DNA from: a virus
Virus record (IMG/VR): IMGVR_UViG_3300032235_000776
Coordinates: 1-64,000 of that record
Reading direction: 5' to 3' (one strand)
DNA: 64,000 nucleotides
Positions 39,101-48,942 of this stretch are shown in pieces. The notes beneath the pieces are model-generated. The model did not search any database, was not told where the DNA came from, and saw nothing but the letters and a program-made list of their open reading frames with translations. How positions within the stretch are numbered: position 1 is the stretch's first letter; each line of letters starts with the position of its first letter. A program made the translations under genes and the position numbers.

Positions 39101-40925
39101 TACAGAAGCATTTGATATTTCATCATTAATATCTTTGGATCCTAAACTTCCAAATGATTTACATAATTTTAGTAGATGTCATAAGAAGGGTAGAACATCT
39201 CAATTAAACTCTCCATTTATTATAAACAATGAGTATTTTTACTTATCAAATAATTCAGTAATTGATTTCTTTGTAGAGAGTGAAATAAATATTGACTATA
39301 GAGATTGGGAAGAACAACCATACTTAAGACACTATGACAGAGATATTTACAATGATTTAAATACATTATTCAGATCTGATTATCTTGAATATGACAATAG
39401 ATATCTCTATGATAAATCTTTATCAAAGCAATTAACAGAAAACTATTGCATGACTCAGGATATTTATTTTGATAAATCTTTATCACAAACTTGTTTCTCA
39501 AATTATCCTAATAGAGTATATTGGTCATTACCATATTATAAAGAGCAAATTAAAGATAGTTGGGGATTTTATTTACCTGGAAACTATTTTGATTTTCCAG
39601 GTGTAGCCGGTAAATTAACAGGTGCCAAAGCACTTAACAGAACTAATATATTCTTCTTATTTGAAGAGTCTGCTCCTTATTTACATCTTGCTCAGGATAC
39701 GTTAGAATTAGACTCTGGCCTTAAAGTAACAATTGGAGATGGTGGGTTATTTGCAAATCCTCCGGCTCCTATAATGAATACAGATGTTAAATATGGTAAC
39801 TGTGAATCCAGATTTGCATTAACCAATACCCAACATGGATTATTCTATGCATCTATTAGACAAGGTAGAATATTTAATGTACAAGCCGGTGGAGGATTAA
39901 AAGAAATTTCTCTTGGAGGTATGTCATTCTGGTTTAAGAAAAACATGCCTTATAAATTACTTAAGGACTTCCCTAACTACCCATATACCGATAATACTAT
40001 TATTGGTGTAGGATATCAATCGGCATATGACAATACTGATGAAATCTATTATCTAACAAAGAAAGATTATAAATTAAGATCTGACTTAGAAGGAACAGCT
40101 ATCTATGATGTAGCTACCAATAGATTTAGATATACAGTAAGAGGAGTAACTTATACAATTAAACTTAGCGATCCAGATTATTTTGATGATGCATCATGGA
40201 CAATATCTTACTCACCTAAAACAGAGACTTGGATTTCATTTCATGACTGGCACCCAAATTCTTTACTCCAGGAAGAAACTAAATTCTGCAGTATCATAAC
40301 TCCTACAACCGGATCATCAAGTTTATGGAGACATAATGATAGATGCGATGCATACTCTAATTTTTACAATACTCAATATCCATGGGAAGTAGAATACGTA
40401 GTAAATAACGGAATGAAAACTTCTTCTTTACAAAGTATAGAGTACTCATTGGAGTGTTACAAATATTACAATGACTGTGATGATAACCATCACCTACTTG
40501 ATTATAACTTTAATGAAGCTATTATTTCTAATACCGAACAAGTATCTGGTTTATTAAAATTAAACCTCCAGGCAAAAAATCAAATGTCTGCAGTGCTTGC
40601 TTTTCCAAAAATAAATACTAACTTTATAGATATAGAATATAGTAAAGTAGAACAGAAGTATAGATTCAATCAATTCTGGGATATTACCAGAGACAGAGGA
40701 GAATTCACCGGCAATACAATACAGACATTTATTACAGATGCTGATGGATATCACTCAGTAATTAATCCTACTTATGTAGATTACAACAAGGCTCCTTTCC
40801 AAAGAAAGAAATTCAGACATAACTGGCAAAAAGTTATGCTAAGAAGAACTCACACTGCGGATGAAGTACAGCCTAAAATGATTCTTAAATTTAATAATAA
40901 TAAACAAATAATATCACCACGATGA
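36186..40925 (+). CDS. tail stabilization/muzzle protein
   Basis: 1579 aa; GMIKD, YMRDETYAFG, FGGDTY, WTISY..WISFHDWHP motifs. Confidence 0.8.
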   Translation: MDSLDNSVITTLNAGMIKDVDPQLLKEGQYTHAINSQLNSHLGNFSFIQNEPGNRLCLTLPNNLQFLNAIALQNSRFAILSTNSTTSEIGIYDSRTCTYTTVVNDPCLNFQKTNIPKGISKENYDCSETIYFADDLNPNRFLNLGNVPYKYTFADDACKTKIYTTELDCDQMLIDQLINVPCVTISKSQAGGTLVNGSYQVCMAYSINGQIVTNYYSTTNPQPIFTHENLGQAIDVELTNLDPDFSEYQLFLIATVAQQTTVYKVGTYNINTTAVTISSITENTNVPLSDLFLQKVVYTTSRDIISVDNRAMWIGAKTKVELDYQLLANQVTAKWVAYAVPVDYYKNGGSIVGYMRDETYAFGLQWLYNTGDYSQVYPLIGRAAVPSDRTKITNKDAYEFFAKNCEPVKAVERWQAYNTATGAIPAIPASDCKEFVVATGNMAYVESTETYPNNTALYGDLACTPIRHFKFPDECIVPRKVNGNDTQMIILGIQFENIKHPVDSNGNPLTNIVGYRIVRSDRSNNKTILGKGLMFNAGKYDLPVSDKTTIPAIYPNYPFNDLRTDSFLSKTPVKGGTKEKGYTPMGEYLNDYFTFHSPSFSFAKPSFGTELVIEAENYGQTHSQFTDVYGHPKHQMLTDVAFIVAALLGIAEGLYATKDKECESIVLKMINNGVTGTPGTSAGSPAMGAIITGLNNTKTTLDATRTAGNSEVVNNAIKSAEKSAIASAVGALITPGLGGEVTYTSEKCDSLLSSLPEILKIANSVYLFSFYFQQGFQTALNAIRNFGQFQQYALQVNSHCYYNNHACAVEGNKRRYIDNANYLYPAMQDFEGYRVNNFRRESSVLFKLNDTINPPSNKDTSRQTLKESQACDTFEFNAQASSYYGSIRQKLPAQYGQVNSITWLDTGACHVIGTIQKSYSSGPVFGGDTYLNRFSVKRHMHYFNQSEFMENDGHEFNYTNYYNLPYARYWMNTEAFDISSLISLDPKLPNDLHNFSRCHKKGRTSQLNSPFIINNEYFYLSNNSVIDFFVESEINIDYRDWEEQPYLRHYDRDIYNDLNTLFRSDYLEYDNRYLYDKSLSKQLTENYCMTQDIYFDKSLSQTCFSNYPNRVYWSLPYYKEQIKDSWGFYLPGNYFDFPGVAGKLTGAKALNRTNIFFLFEESAPYLHLAQDTLELDSGLKVTIGDGGLFANPPAPIMNTDVKYGNCESRFALTNTQHGLFYASIRQGRIFNVQAGGGLKEISLGGMSFWFKKNMPYKLLKDFPNYPYTDNTIIGVGYQSAYDNTDEIYYLTKKDYKLRSDLEGTAIYDVATNRFRYTVRGVTYTIKLSDPDYFDDASWTISYSPKTETWISFHDWHPNSLLQEETKFCSIITPTTGSSSLWRHNDRCDAYSNFYNTQYPWEVEYVVNNGMKTSSLQSIEYSLECYKYYNDCDDNHHLLDYNFNEAIISNTEQVSGLLKLNLQAKNQMSAVLAFPKINTNFIDIEYSKVEQKYRFNQFWDITRDRGEFTGNTIQTFITDADGYHSVINPTYVDYNKAPFQRKKFRHNWQKVMLRRTHTADEVQPKMILKFNNNKQIISPR

Positions 40926-41446
40926 AAACTTTAAAAAGGATTCTAAAAAATTCATCTACAGTAATCACACCTAAGATTGTAGATTTACTGAATTACAGAA
41001 TTGAACAAGAGGAATATTCTTCTCGTATGTACTTAGCAATGTCTATGTATCTTAATGATAAAGGTTACATGGGTGCTGCAAAACTTTGGAAAAAATACTC
41101 CGATGAAGAAATGACTCATGCACATTTAGCATATGAGTTTCTTTTAGATATGGGTATTCAACCTAAGGTACCGGCACTTAAAGCACCACCACAAGATTTT
41201 GAAGGACTTGTAGATATTGTATACCAATCTTATGATCATGAGATTGAAGTATACAACCAATGTTCTGAATTAGCAAAAGTAGCTATGTCAGAAGGAAACA
41301 TGATGCTATATCCTTTAGCTCTGAGATTAACCGGAGAGCAACAAGAAGAACTTGGTAAATTACAAAACTGGATTGACAAAATTGAAACCTTCGGACAAGA
41401 GCCTATGCTATTAAGAGAACTTGACGAAGAAATGGGTGAAGCATAA
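40922..41446 (+). CDS. ferritin
   Basis: Ferroxidase pattern EEYSSRMYLAM, EEMTHA, HEIEV, EQQEE. Confidence 0.9.
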   Translation: MKTLKRILKNSSTVITPKIVDLLNYRIEQEEYSSRMYLAMSMYLNDKGYMGAAKLWKKYSDEEMTHAHLAYEFLLDMGIQPKVPALKAPPQDFEGLVDIVYQSYDHEIEVYNQCSELAKVAMSEGNMMLYPLALRLTGEQQEELGKLQNWIDKIETFGQEPMLLRELDEEMGEA

Positions 41447-44400
41447 TGAAAAAATTAAAAAGAGAGATCCCAAAAAACTACTCTTTTTTGGATCTAGTAG
41501 CTCCTAGCTATAATCGTGTAAAAATAACTCCTAAATTTGTAGAGGGAGGAGGTACGCCTATTAAAATGACAGAGCCTACTATGTTTATGCCTCCTCAATC
41601 TTTAAACTCAGGTCAGCCAGCATTATTAAATAGTACCAATGAATTTGATTGGAATAAACAACGTTTAATAGATCCAGGCAATGCTTTATGGAATGAACAT
41701 AAAAAGTTATATCCAAATCATAAAGATGGATCAAAATATCATGAGTATTTTTTATGTAATTTAAATCCAGATATGTGTGGAGGACCAAATCCACAATTTA
41801 GAAATATTAGAAATTCACAAAACCCTGAAATCCAACAACTTGTAAATGAGTTAGATCCTTTATTTGATAAACCTGATAAAAATTATAGCTATACTTTAGA
41901 ACAAGCTTTAAGTAGTAGAGCTAGACAATACTATAACAAAGAAGTAGGTTTAGATGCTGATGAAGTTTTAAATAAATTAAATAAAACAAATTTAACAAGT
42001 GATCAACAACAAAAACTACAAAGACTGTATGATTTGTCCCTTAAAGATTCAGGAAATGAAATTGTATATAATCCAAAAGAAACCAATCCTTATGCTCAAT
42101 ATACTGTAAACTGGAAATCACCATCTCAATGGAATTACCAAAACAAAGCTGCTAAATTCTATAATGACCAAGAAGCATTTGCAACAGGAATGGACGCTTG
42201 GAATAATAGGAATTTAAATACTGATACTGTGCCAAATATTCAAGCACCAGTTGTCAATACACCAACTCCGATTACACCAAAGGTAAATCCAATTAATTTA
42301 CCTCAAATGCAGTTTCCAAATATGCAATCTAGTAACTTAGAACCTATAGACGATACTAGAAATACATCTTTAAGAGATTTCAATCCATTTGGAACTCCAC
42401 AAATTACACCACAAGTACCAAATACTATTGCTACTAATAAAACTACATATCCTATATCTTTACCTAATTCTCCATTAAATCCAAATTATAAACCACCTGT
42501 AAACTCCGGATTTAGTATGACAAATCCATATGATTCTAGTAAAACATATGCAGGAGATTGGTTAAATAGATTTAAAGAAACAGAGCGTAATAATAATCCA
42601 GAACTATCTCAGGATGAAATAGATAGAATTACTGCGGAAGATAATGCTTTAAATAATATTATAGATAGTAACTATGGATTTAATTCTTCTAGTATGCCAA
42701 GGGTTAATGAAAATATATCTAATAACCAACTTGCAAATCTTCCTAATCAAAATCAATGGTCAAATTTACAAGAACCATTACCAGTTCAAAGACCTTCTGA
42801 ATATGCAGATCCACAGCAAGCAATTATAGGAAGTATTAAAACTGATTTTAAACCAGCAGATCCTGCAAGTGCAACTTTAGAAAAAACTAAAGACAAAACA
42901 GATTCTACAAAAGGATTCAATTATAAAAGGGCTGCTAGAGTTGGAGCATTTAATGCAGGGTTAAATCTTGCAGGAAACATGTATAACATGTCTAGAATGA
43001 GAAATCAAGAAAACTTTAATAGTTTTATTACTCAACAACCAGAAGCTATTTATCCAAATAAGAGAATGCTCTATGGGGATAAATCTATGTTTGCAGAATA
43101 TGGTGGAGAATTTATAAAATATGAAGGGGGAGGAAGTTGGACTGATTATCTAAATCCAATGAATTGGGGAGTAGAGGATTATAGTGAATATTCTAAATTT
43201 GCTAATGCATATAGAACAGCAAAATCAAATGGTAAGGAAGAATTTCTCTGGAATGGAAAACGTTATAATACTAAATATGCAGGTACTCCAAGACAAGAAA
43301 TAGGAATGTATGGGGCAAATGGAAAAAAAGTAAGTCCTAAACAAATGAATAATCCATATTTAGTTAACTATTACACTCCAAAATTAGGATATTATTTACC
43401 AGGACATATAGAGGCAGCAAATAGAGAAGGGTATGCGGTTAATAATTCATCTAATGGAAATTCTTCATTTGGAATAGATCCTGCATATGAACCACATAAA
43501 GGTAAAAGTTCTTATTTTGTGTATGGGGCTGACTCTGCAAAATTTAGAAACACAGTTAGTAACTTACCAATGGGAGATTATCAATATCTTTTTGATGAAG
43601 AGGAATTAAAAGCTAATAAATTTAATACAGGAAAATCAACATGGAATTTATTAACAAATAACTGCGCTGATGGTGTATGTGATGCTTTTGGAATACCTAA
43701 ATCAGGTAAAGTAACACATCCAGTTTCTACTCTAAGTAAAATATCTAATAAGTATCCTACTTTAAATATAACAGGAAGAGATATGGAAACATATGAAAAT
43801 AAAATAAAAGAATATATAAAAGCAGATAAAAATAATATTTTAAAACAAAGTGAATACTTTTTAGGTATTGTTAACTCTCCAGAATTTGTAAATGGTAACT
43901 CTTCTTATAGAAAGAAAGTTATAAGCGCTATTCAAGATTCTTTACATAAGTCAGGTTATAGTTTACCTAATTCACAAAAATCAAATGGTACATTTGATGG
44001 AATTATGGGACCAGAAACACAGACTGCGTTACAGAAATATAATCAACAAAGTTCAAAGAAAAAAGAAAATGGAGGAGAATACCAGGATGAAGATCTTATA
44101 GATATATCACATTTAATTCAATTCAAAAAAGGTGGTATTTATATTAAGCCGGAAAACAAAGGTAAGTTTACCGCATGGGCCCAATCTCACGGAATGTCCG
44201 TACAAGAAGCAGCTTCTCATGTAATGGCAAATAAAGAAAAGTATTCTTCTACCACGGTTAAACGTGCAAACTTTGCAAAAAATGCATCTAAATGGAAACA
44301 TGAAGATGGTGGACAATATTCTTATGGTGGTCATTATATTCCAATGGATGTTCCATATCTTGCAGGTAAGTTTGTTCCTAACCCAATTGATTTACAAGAA

Positions 44401-44643
44401 TTTAAAAAGGGTGGAATGATTAAGCGTGCAGATGGTTCATATTCTAAAAGAGGATTATGGGATAATATCAGAGCTAACAAAGGTTCCGGTAAAAAGCCAA
44501 CCAAAGAAATGCTTAAGCAAGAAAGAAAAATTAAAAAAGGTTACAAAGCAGGAGGTGAATACATGGAAGGTAATGAGTATGAAATCTCTGGAGTAGAATT
44601 AGAAAGATTAAGATCTTTAGGATACGATGTAGAAATAATATGA
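41446..44643 (+). CDS. mosaic internal virion (cargo) protein with peptidoglycan-binding domain
   Basis: IQDSL...GY...DGIMGPETQTAL PG-binding motif; GHIEA..NNCAD papain-like pair; repeated xxGG motifs. Confidence 0.6.
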   Translation: MKKLKREIPKNYSFLDLVAPSYNRVKITPKFVEGGGTPIKMTEPTMFMPPQSLNSGQPALLNSTNEFDWNKQRLIDPGNALWNEHKKLYPNHKDGSKYHEYFLCNLNPDMCGGPNPQFRNIRNSQNPEIQQLVNELDPLFDKPDKNYSYTLEQALSSRARQYYNKEVGLDADEVLNKLNKTNLTSDQQQKLQRLYDLSLKDSGNEIVYNPKETNPYAQYTVNWKSPSQWNYQNKAAKFYNDQEAFATGMDAWNNRNLNTDTVPNIQAPVVNTPTPITPKVNPINLPQMQFPNMQSSNLEPIDDTRNTSLRDFNPFGTPQITPQVPNTIATNKTTYPISLPNSPLNPNYKPPVNSGFSMTNPYDSSKTYAGDWLNRFKETERNNNPELSQDEIDRITAEDNALNNIIDSNYGFNSSSMPRVNENISNNQLANLPNQNQWSNLQEPLPVQRPSEYADPQQAIIGSIKTDFKPADPASATLEKTKDKTDSTKGFNYKRAARVGAFNAGLNLAGNMYNMSRMRNQENFNSFITQQPEAIYPNKRMLYGDKSMFAEYGGEFIKYEGGGSWTDYLNPMNWGVEDYSEYSKFANAYRTAKSNGKEEFLWNGKRYNTKYAGTPRQEIGMYGANGKKVSPKQMNNPYLVNYYTPKLGYYLPGHIEAANREGYAVNNSSNGNSSFGIDPAYEPHKGKSSYFVYGADSAKFRNTVSNLPMGDYQYLFDEEELKANKFNTGKSTWNLLTNNCADGVCDAFGIPKSGKVTHPVSTLSKISNKYPTLNITGRDMETYENKIKEYIKADKNNILKQSEYFLGIVNSPEFVNGNSSYRKKVISAIQDSLHKSGYSLPNSQKSNGTFDGIMGPETQTALQKYNQQSSKKKENGGEYQDEDLIDISHLIQFKKGGIYIKPENKGKFTAWAQSHGMSVQEAASHVMANKEKYSSTTVKRANFAKNASKWKHEDGGQYSYGGHYIPMDVPYLAGKFVPNPIDLQEFKKGGMIKRADGSYSKRGLWDNIRANKGSGKKPTKEMLKQERKIKKGYKAGGEYMEGNEYEISGVELERLRSLGYDVEII

Positions 44644-46868
44644 AAAAACTTAAGAAACCCAATATTAGAATAGTAGATCACAAGGATGGTGGAATGTCAT
44701 TCTTTGCAGAAGGTGGAGAAACAGAAAATCCTCCTAAATTATATCCTAACCCTAGTTTAACATGGGCAAAAGATGTACAAGAATTTGTAAAATCCCAGGA
44801 TGCTAGAAAAAAAGCTGAAGAAATTGCAAAAGCAGAAGCTGCTAAAACTGCTAATTCTACAGAAAGATTTAAACAAAAACCAATTCTAAAAACAGGTAAA
44901 ACAACAGCATCGGATAATGCAAGAGTAGTGGATCAACAAATAGTAAATCCATATACCCCAGAAGAATTTGATTATTTTAAAGAAAATAATATCCCAAAAG
45001 AATTATATCCATATTATAAAAAACAACTTGATACTTGGAAACAAGGAGATATACAAGAAGCAGCTAATATAGTCCAAAGAAGAAAAGATGTTGCCGAACA
45101 AGCAAAAAAAGATATTGCTAAAGGGCTATATACACAAGCAGTAGCAGAAGATTTATCCAATGCATACAGAGCATTTCCAGATGATGCAAATAGTTTTTTT
45201 GATAATTATATAAATCCTTTTCAACGTGTTTTTAATCCACTTGGAAATATATCTGGACATTTTGCAAGTAATGCAGGACCAATTAATCCATTAGGTTTAG
45301 CAATGGATGTTATACCTGCAGCATTGGATATAGCAGGATTAAAAGGAACACAAAGTTTATTTAAACCACTTGCAAAAGGTATAAAAAATACTACAACAGG
45401 ATTTGGAAAAAATGCAGTTAGGTTTAGAAACAACTTACTATCTAATATGGATAGAAGACTTACAAATTTTGATAGTGATATTAGTGATGCTGTTTCAAGA
45501 TATAATAGAAATAGAGTTACTACTATAAATCAACCTAATTTAGAACAAATAAGAAGTGCATTTCACAATAGAGAAAGAATTTTAAGACCAGAGGAAATAG
45601 AACTTATAAACCGTAATGGAGTTGGAATAAGGAGTAATTATGTTTCTACGGATAATATTCAATATAATCCGGAAGTTTTTAGAACTAGAGAAAACATTCA
45701 TACAAATAATCTAAATCAATTAAATTTAGATTCTATTAGTAGACCATTTAATATTTCAGATGTTATAGATAATGTAAAACCAAAAGTTAGAAATAGATCA
45801 GGATTAACAAAAGATGAAGTATTGGAAAAAGCAAATCCTACCAATAAAGATAATATATCCAAAATGTCTGAATCACAGTTTGAAAAAACTGTATTAAAAC
45901 CAAATGGAGAATTAGAAGAATATCAAAATATTATTGAAAATCCATTTGTTGGGAAAAATAGTATTTATCCTTTAAACAATGATGATTACGTAGAATTATT
46001 TAATTCTAAATTAGATACACTTAATGATATTATAGCTCGTAATAATACATCTGGAATTGAATATAGAGTTTCAAAATTACAACCTCATGGTGTATTACAA
46101 TTTGAAACTCCTGCACAAACAATAAAACAAAACATTCCTAATATTAAATATCAAGAATTACAAAATTTAAATAAAACAAATAAAAACTTATTAGAAGATT
46201 TAAATTACTTAAAAAATAATCCAGATCCTAATGATCCTTGGTATTCAAAAGCACTTGATTCTCTAAATAAAAGAATAGAAAAAAATAATAAACTTGTAGA
46301 AGAACTTAAAAATGAGCCGGAATATTTATTACAAGATGTAAATATTCCTGCTGGAAAAAAAGCATGGGGAGTAAATATAAATCCAGGAGAATGGGAAGGA
46401 AATGTAGAAGATATTACAAACAAAAGCTACTTAAGAAGAATTCCTGGATTAGAAATGAATAATGCTTCTGCTGGGATATTTCCAGATGGTGTAGTAAGAA
46501 GAGGAACAAAAGCATATGATTCTATAAATGAATACCTTAAATTATTTAATTTGGGTAGAGTTAAACCAGGTTTTAATTCTCAGACAGAATATTCTAAAGG
46601 ATTATGGGAAAATGCTATAAAATCAGGAAAAGCAGTAGGATACTTTAATGATCCTAGCACAGTATATGGTTCAATGAAAACAATAGCACCAATTATTGGA
46701 GGAGGTCTAATGTACAATTATTTAAATCCAAGTAATACTCCACAAGAAGAATTAGGAGGAGGAATACAACTTTCAAATAGAATGTATGAGGAAGGCGGAG
46801 AGTATGAACTATCCCAAGAAGAAATAGATAGACTTAAGTCACAAGGGTATGACTTAGAGTTATTATAA
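44640..46868 (+). CDS. putative cargo protein
   Basis: Shares C-terminal GGEY..RL.S.GYD.E motif with preceding gene. Confidence 0.55.
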   Translation: MKKLKKPNIRIVDHKDGGMSFFAEGGETENPPKLYPNPSLTWAKDVQEFVKSQDARKKAEEIAKAEAAKTANSTERFKQKPILKTGKTTASDNARVVDQQIVNPYTPEEFDYFKENNIPKELYPYYKKQLDTWKQGDIQEAANIVQRRKDVAEQAKKDIAKGLYTQAVAEDLSNAYRAFPDDANSFFDNYINPFQRVFNPLGNISGHFASNAGPINPLGLAMDVIPAALDIAGLKGTQSLFKPLAKGIKNTTTGFGKNAVRFRNNLLSNMDRRLTNFDSDISDAVSRYNRNRVTTINQPNLEQIRSAFHNRERILRPEEIELINRNGVGIRSNYVSTDNIQYNPEVFRTRENIHTNNLNQLNLDSISRPFNISDVIDNVKPKVRNRSGLTKDEVLEKANPTNKDNISKMSESQFEKTVLKPNGELEEYQNIIENPFVGKNSIYPLNNDDYVELFNSKLDTLNDIIARNNTSGIEYRVSKLQPHGVLQFETPAQTIKQNIPNIKYQELQNLNKTNKNLLEDLNYLKNNPDPNDPWYSKALDSLNKRIEKNNKLVEELKNEPEYLLQDVNIPAGKKAWGVNINPGEWEGNVEDITNKSYLRRIPGLEMNNASAGIFPDGVVRRGTKAYDSINEYLKLFNLGRVKPGFNSQTEYSKGLWENAIKSGKAVGYFNDPSTVYGSMKTIAPIIGGGLMYNYLNPSNTPQEELGGGIQLSNRMYEEGGEYELSQEEIDRLKSQGYDLELL

Positions 46869-46951
46869 AGAATGCTTGGAATACTGAGGTATTTTCCGTA
46901 TCTTTAATTATAATTATTTACCCATAAAAATAAATAATAAAAATTATTAAA

Positions 46952-48940
46952 ATGAATAAAGTAAAGGTGAAAATAAAGAAACTCCCTATTAGTAATCAGG
47001 GTTCACCAAATTTCAATGAAATGGCTTACCAATATACTAGTAGTAATCCTCTGTCTTTCAAAGACTTAAAGGATTCTACAAGAATGATTGGAGAGGATCA
47101 ATATGAAATAGGAACTAATTATCCTACAGAAAAAGATCCAAAGAAAGCAAATATAGAAGCAGAAAAAGGAGAATTAATTCTCACCAAAGACTTTGAACTA
47201 TATAAAATCAATGGTAAGTCCCATGCAAAAGGAGGTGCTCCATTGTCTGTAAACGAAGGAGACTTTATCTTTTCTAAAAAATTAGAAGGATCCGGTAAGG
47301 ATTTTAATAAAATATTTGGTAATTTTGACGAGAAAAAAAAGTACTCATATGCAGATGTGGCATCACGATTCCTAAAAATGAATGACCACAAAGTTCTTTC
47401 TACAGATTCCAATCCTATTGATAGAAAAACTGGAGTTAGAATGTATGAGGATTACAAAGATAAATTAGGCATGTTAGCATTCTTACAAGAAGTATCAAAA
47501 GGTTTACCAAATGGAATTCCGGCAATTGCTGCTCCTATGATTGAGAGATTAACTCAAGCTCCTATGGGCATGCAACCACAAATGCCACAAGGACCAGTAG
47601 AAGGAATGCAACTTCCAATGATGGAAGGACAAGAACCTCCTATACAAGAAATGCCTACTGCAGGTCAACAAATGATGAAAAGAGGCGGGCCAATTCTTAA
47701 AAAGTATGTAGATGGTGGTGGAGAACAAAAATTAACATCTCAAGAATGGGATAGTAAATATTACAAACCTCTTATTCAGTATTTACAAAAAACTTATCCT
47801 AATCAACAATTTAATATTGGTAACCACGGTGACTATCAAAGATTAGTAACTAATACTCCTGAGACATATAATGTATTAAAGGACTATTACACAACTGATA
47901 AAATGAAAATTACCAATAAGGGTAGAAAAGCTTTAAAGGCGGCCGGTGTAAAAGATGCAGATAAAATTGAGTACTATTCTCAATTACCAGATACTTATAA
48001 AACAGATGATTTTATTAAAGATCAATTTGTAGACGAGTTAGCTGGTTATAGAGGTGCAAACTTTATTCCAGAAGAAATTGTAAAGGCCGAGGAACCAATG
48101 GTCTATAAACAACCAGAACAAGGTCCAGAATATAACGAATTAGAAAATCCTGACACAGGAGGAAAACCCGTAGTATCTAATTACAGAAACTTAGGATACA
48201 ACACAAATGAAAATCTTGCAATGATGAATGCATTACAAGCTATGACTTCTATTCCTTATTATGCCCCTACAAGAATGCAAAACTATGGTTTACAAGAAGG
48301 CATGGGCCTTGCATCTAACATTATGCCTTATAACTATCAATCATTAATTAATGAAGCCAATAGATCCGGTATGAGAGGATTTCAAGCAAACAATGCATTT
48401 GCTGGTAACCCAAATATTGCAGCAGCTCGTAATGCTATGATAGCAGGTCAACTAGGAGAACAAACCTCTAAGATTAAAGGAGAAGAATACAATCAAAATG
48501 CTAACTTGTATAATACTAACCAAATGCAACTTGCACAAATGGCTGGACTAATTGGTCAAGATAAAGAACAACAAGGTGACTTGTATAACACAAGAGTAGT
48601 TCAAGGTAGAGAAAATAAATGGGCAAATCAACAACTTGCTAATAAACAATTTATTCAAGAACTTGTAAATGCAAATAATAATAGAACACTTAGAAATACA
48701 GTAGACTATTTAATGCAATCTCGTGATCCAAATTATAGATTTGCAAATGCAGATTTAATGTCTGGATTTAATCAATTTGCAGATCCATTCTCTTATGTAG
48801 GGTCTTCAACTCCCGACGCAACAGGTAGAACTTCTCAGTACATAAAAGATTTTAAAGCACTTTCTGGAGCAGGCTTAGGATTGACTCCTGCTGATATAGC
48901 AAAAATATTAGGTAATAATTACAAAGACCAAACTCAATAA
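46952..48940 (+). CDS. putative cargo/ejection protein
   Basis: NIEAEKGE..G.SH..GG..FIFS motif; Q/N-rich helices. Confidence 0.6.
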   Translation: MNKVKVKIKKLPISNQGSPNFNEMAYQYTSSNPLSFKDLKDSTRMIGEDQYEIGTNYPTEKDPKKANIEAEKGELILTKDFELYKINGKSHAKGGAPLSVNEGDFIFSKKLEGSGKDFNKIFGNFDEKKKYSYADVASRFLKMNDHKVLSTDSNPIDRKTGVRMYEDYKDKLGMLAFLQEVSKGLPNGIPAIAAPMIERLTQAPMGMQPQMPQGPVEGMQLPMMEGQEPPIQEMPTAGQQMMKRGGPILKKYVDGGGEQKLTSQEWDSKYYKPLIQYLQKTYPNQQFNIGNHGDYQRLVTNTPETYNVLKDYYTTDKMKITNKGRKALKAAGVKDADKIEYYSQLPDTYKTDDFIKDQFVDELAGYRGANFIPEEIVKAEEPMVYKQPEQGPEYNELENPDTGGKPVVSNYRNLGYNTNENLAMMNALQAMTSIPYYAPTRMQNYGLQEGMGLASNIMPYNYQSLINEANRSGMRGFQANNAFAGNPNIAAARNAMIAGQLGEQTSKIKGEEYNQNANLYNTNQMQLAQMAGLIGQDKEQQGDLYNTRVVQGRENKWANQQLANKQFIQELVNANNNRTLRNTVDYLMQSRDPNYRFANADLMSGFNQFADPFSYVGSSTPDATGRTSQYIKDFKALSGAGLGLTPADIAKILGNNYKDQTQ

Positions 48941-48942
48941 AA

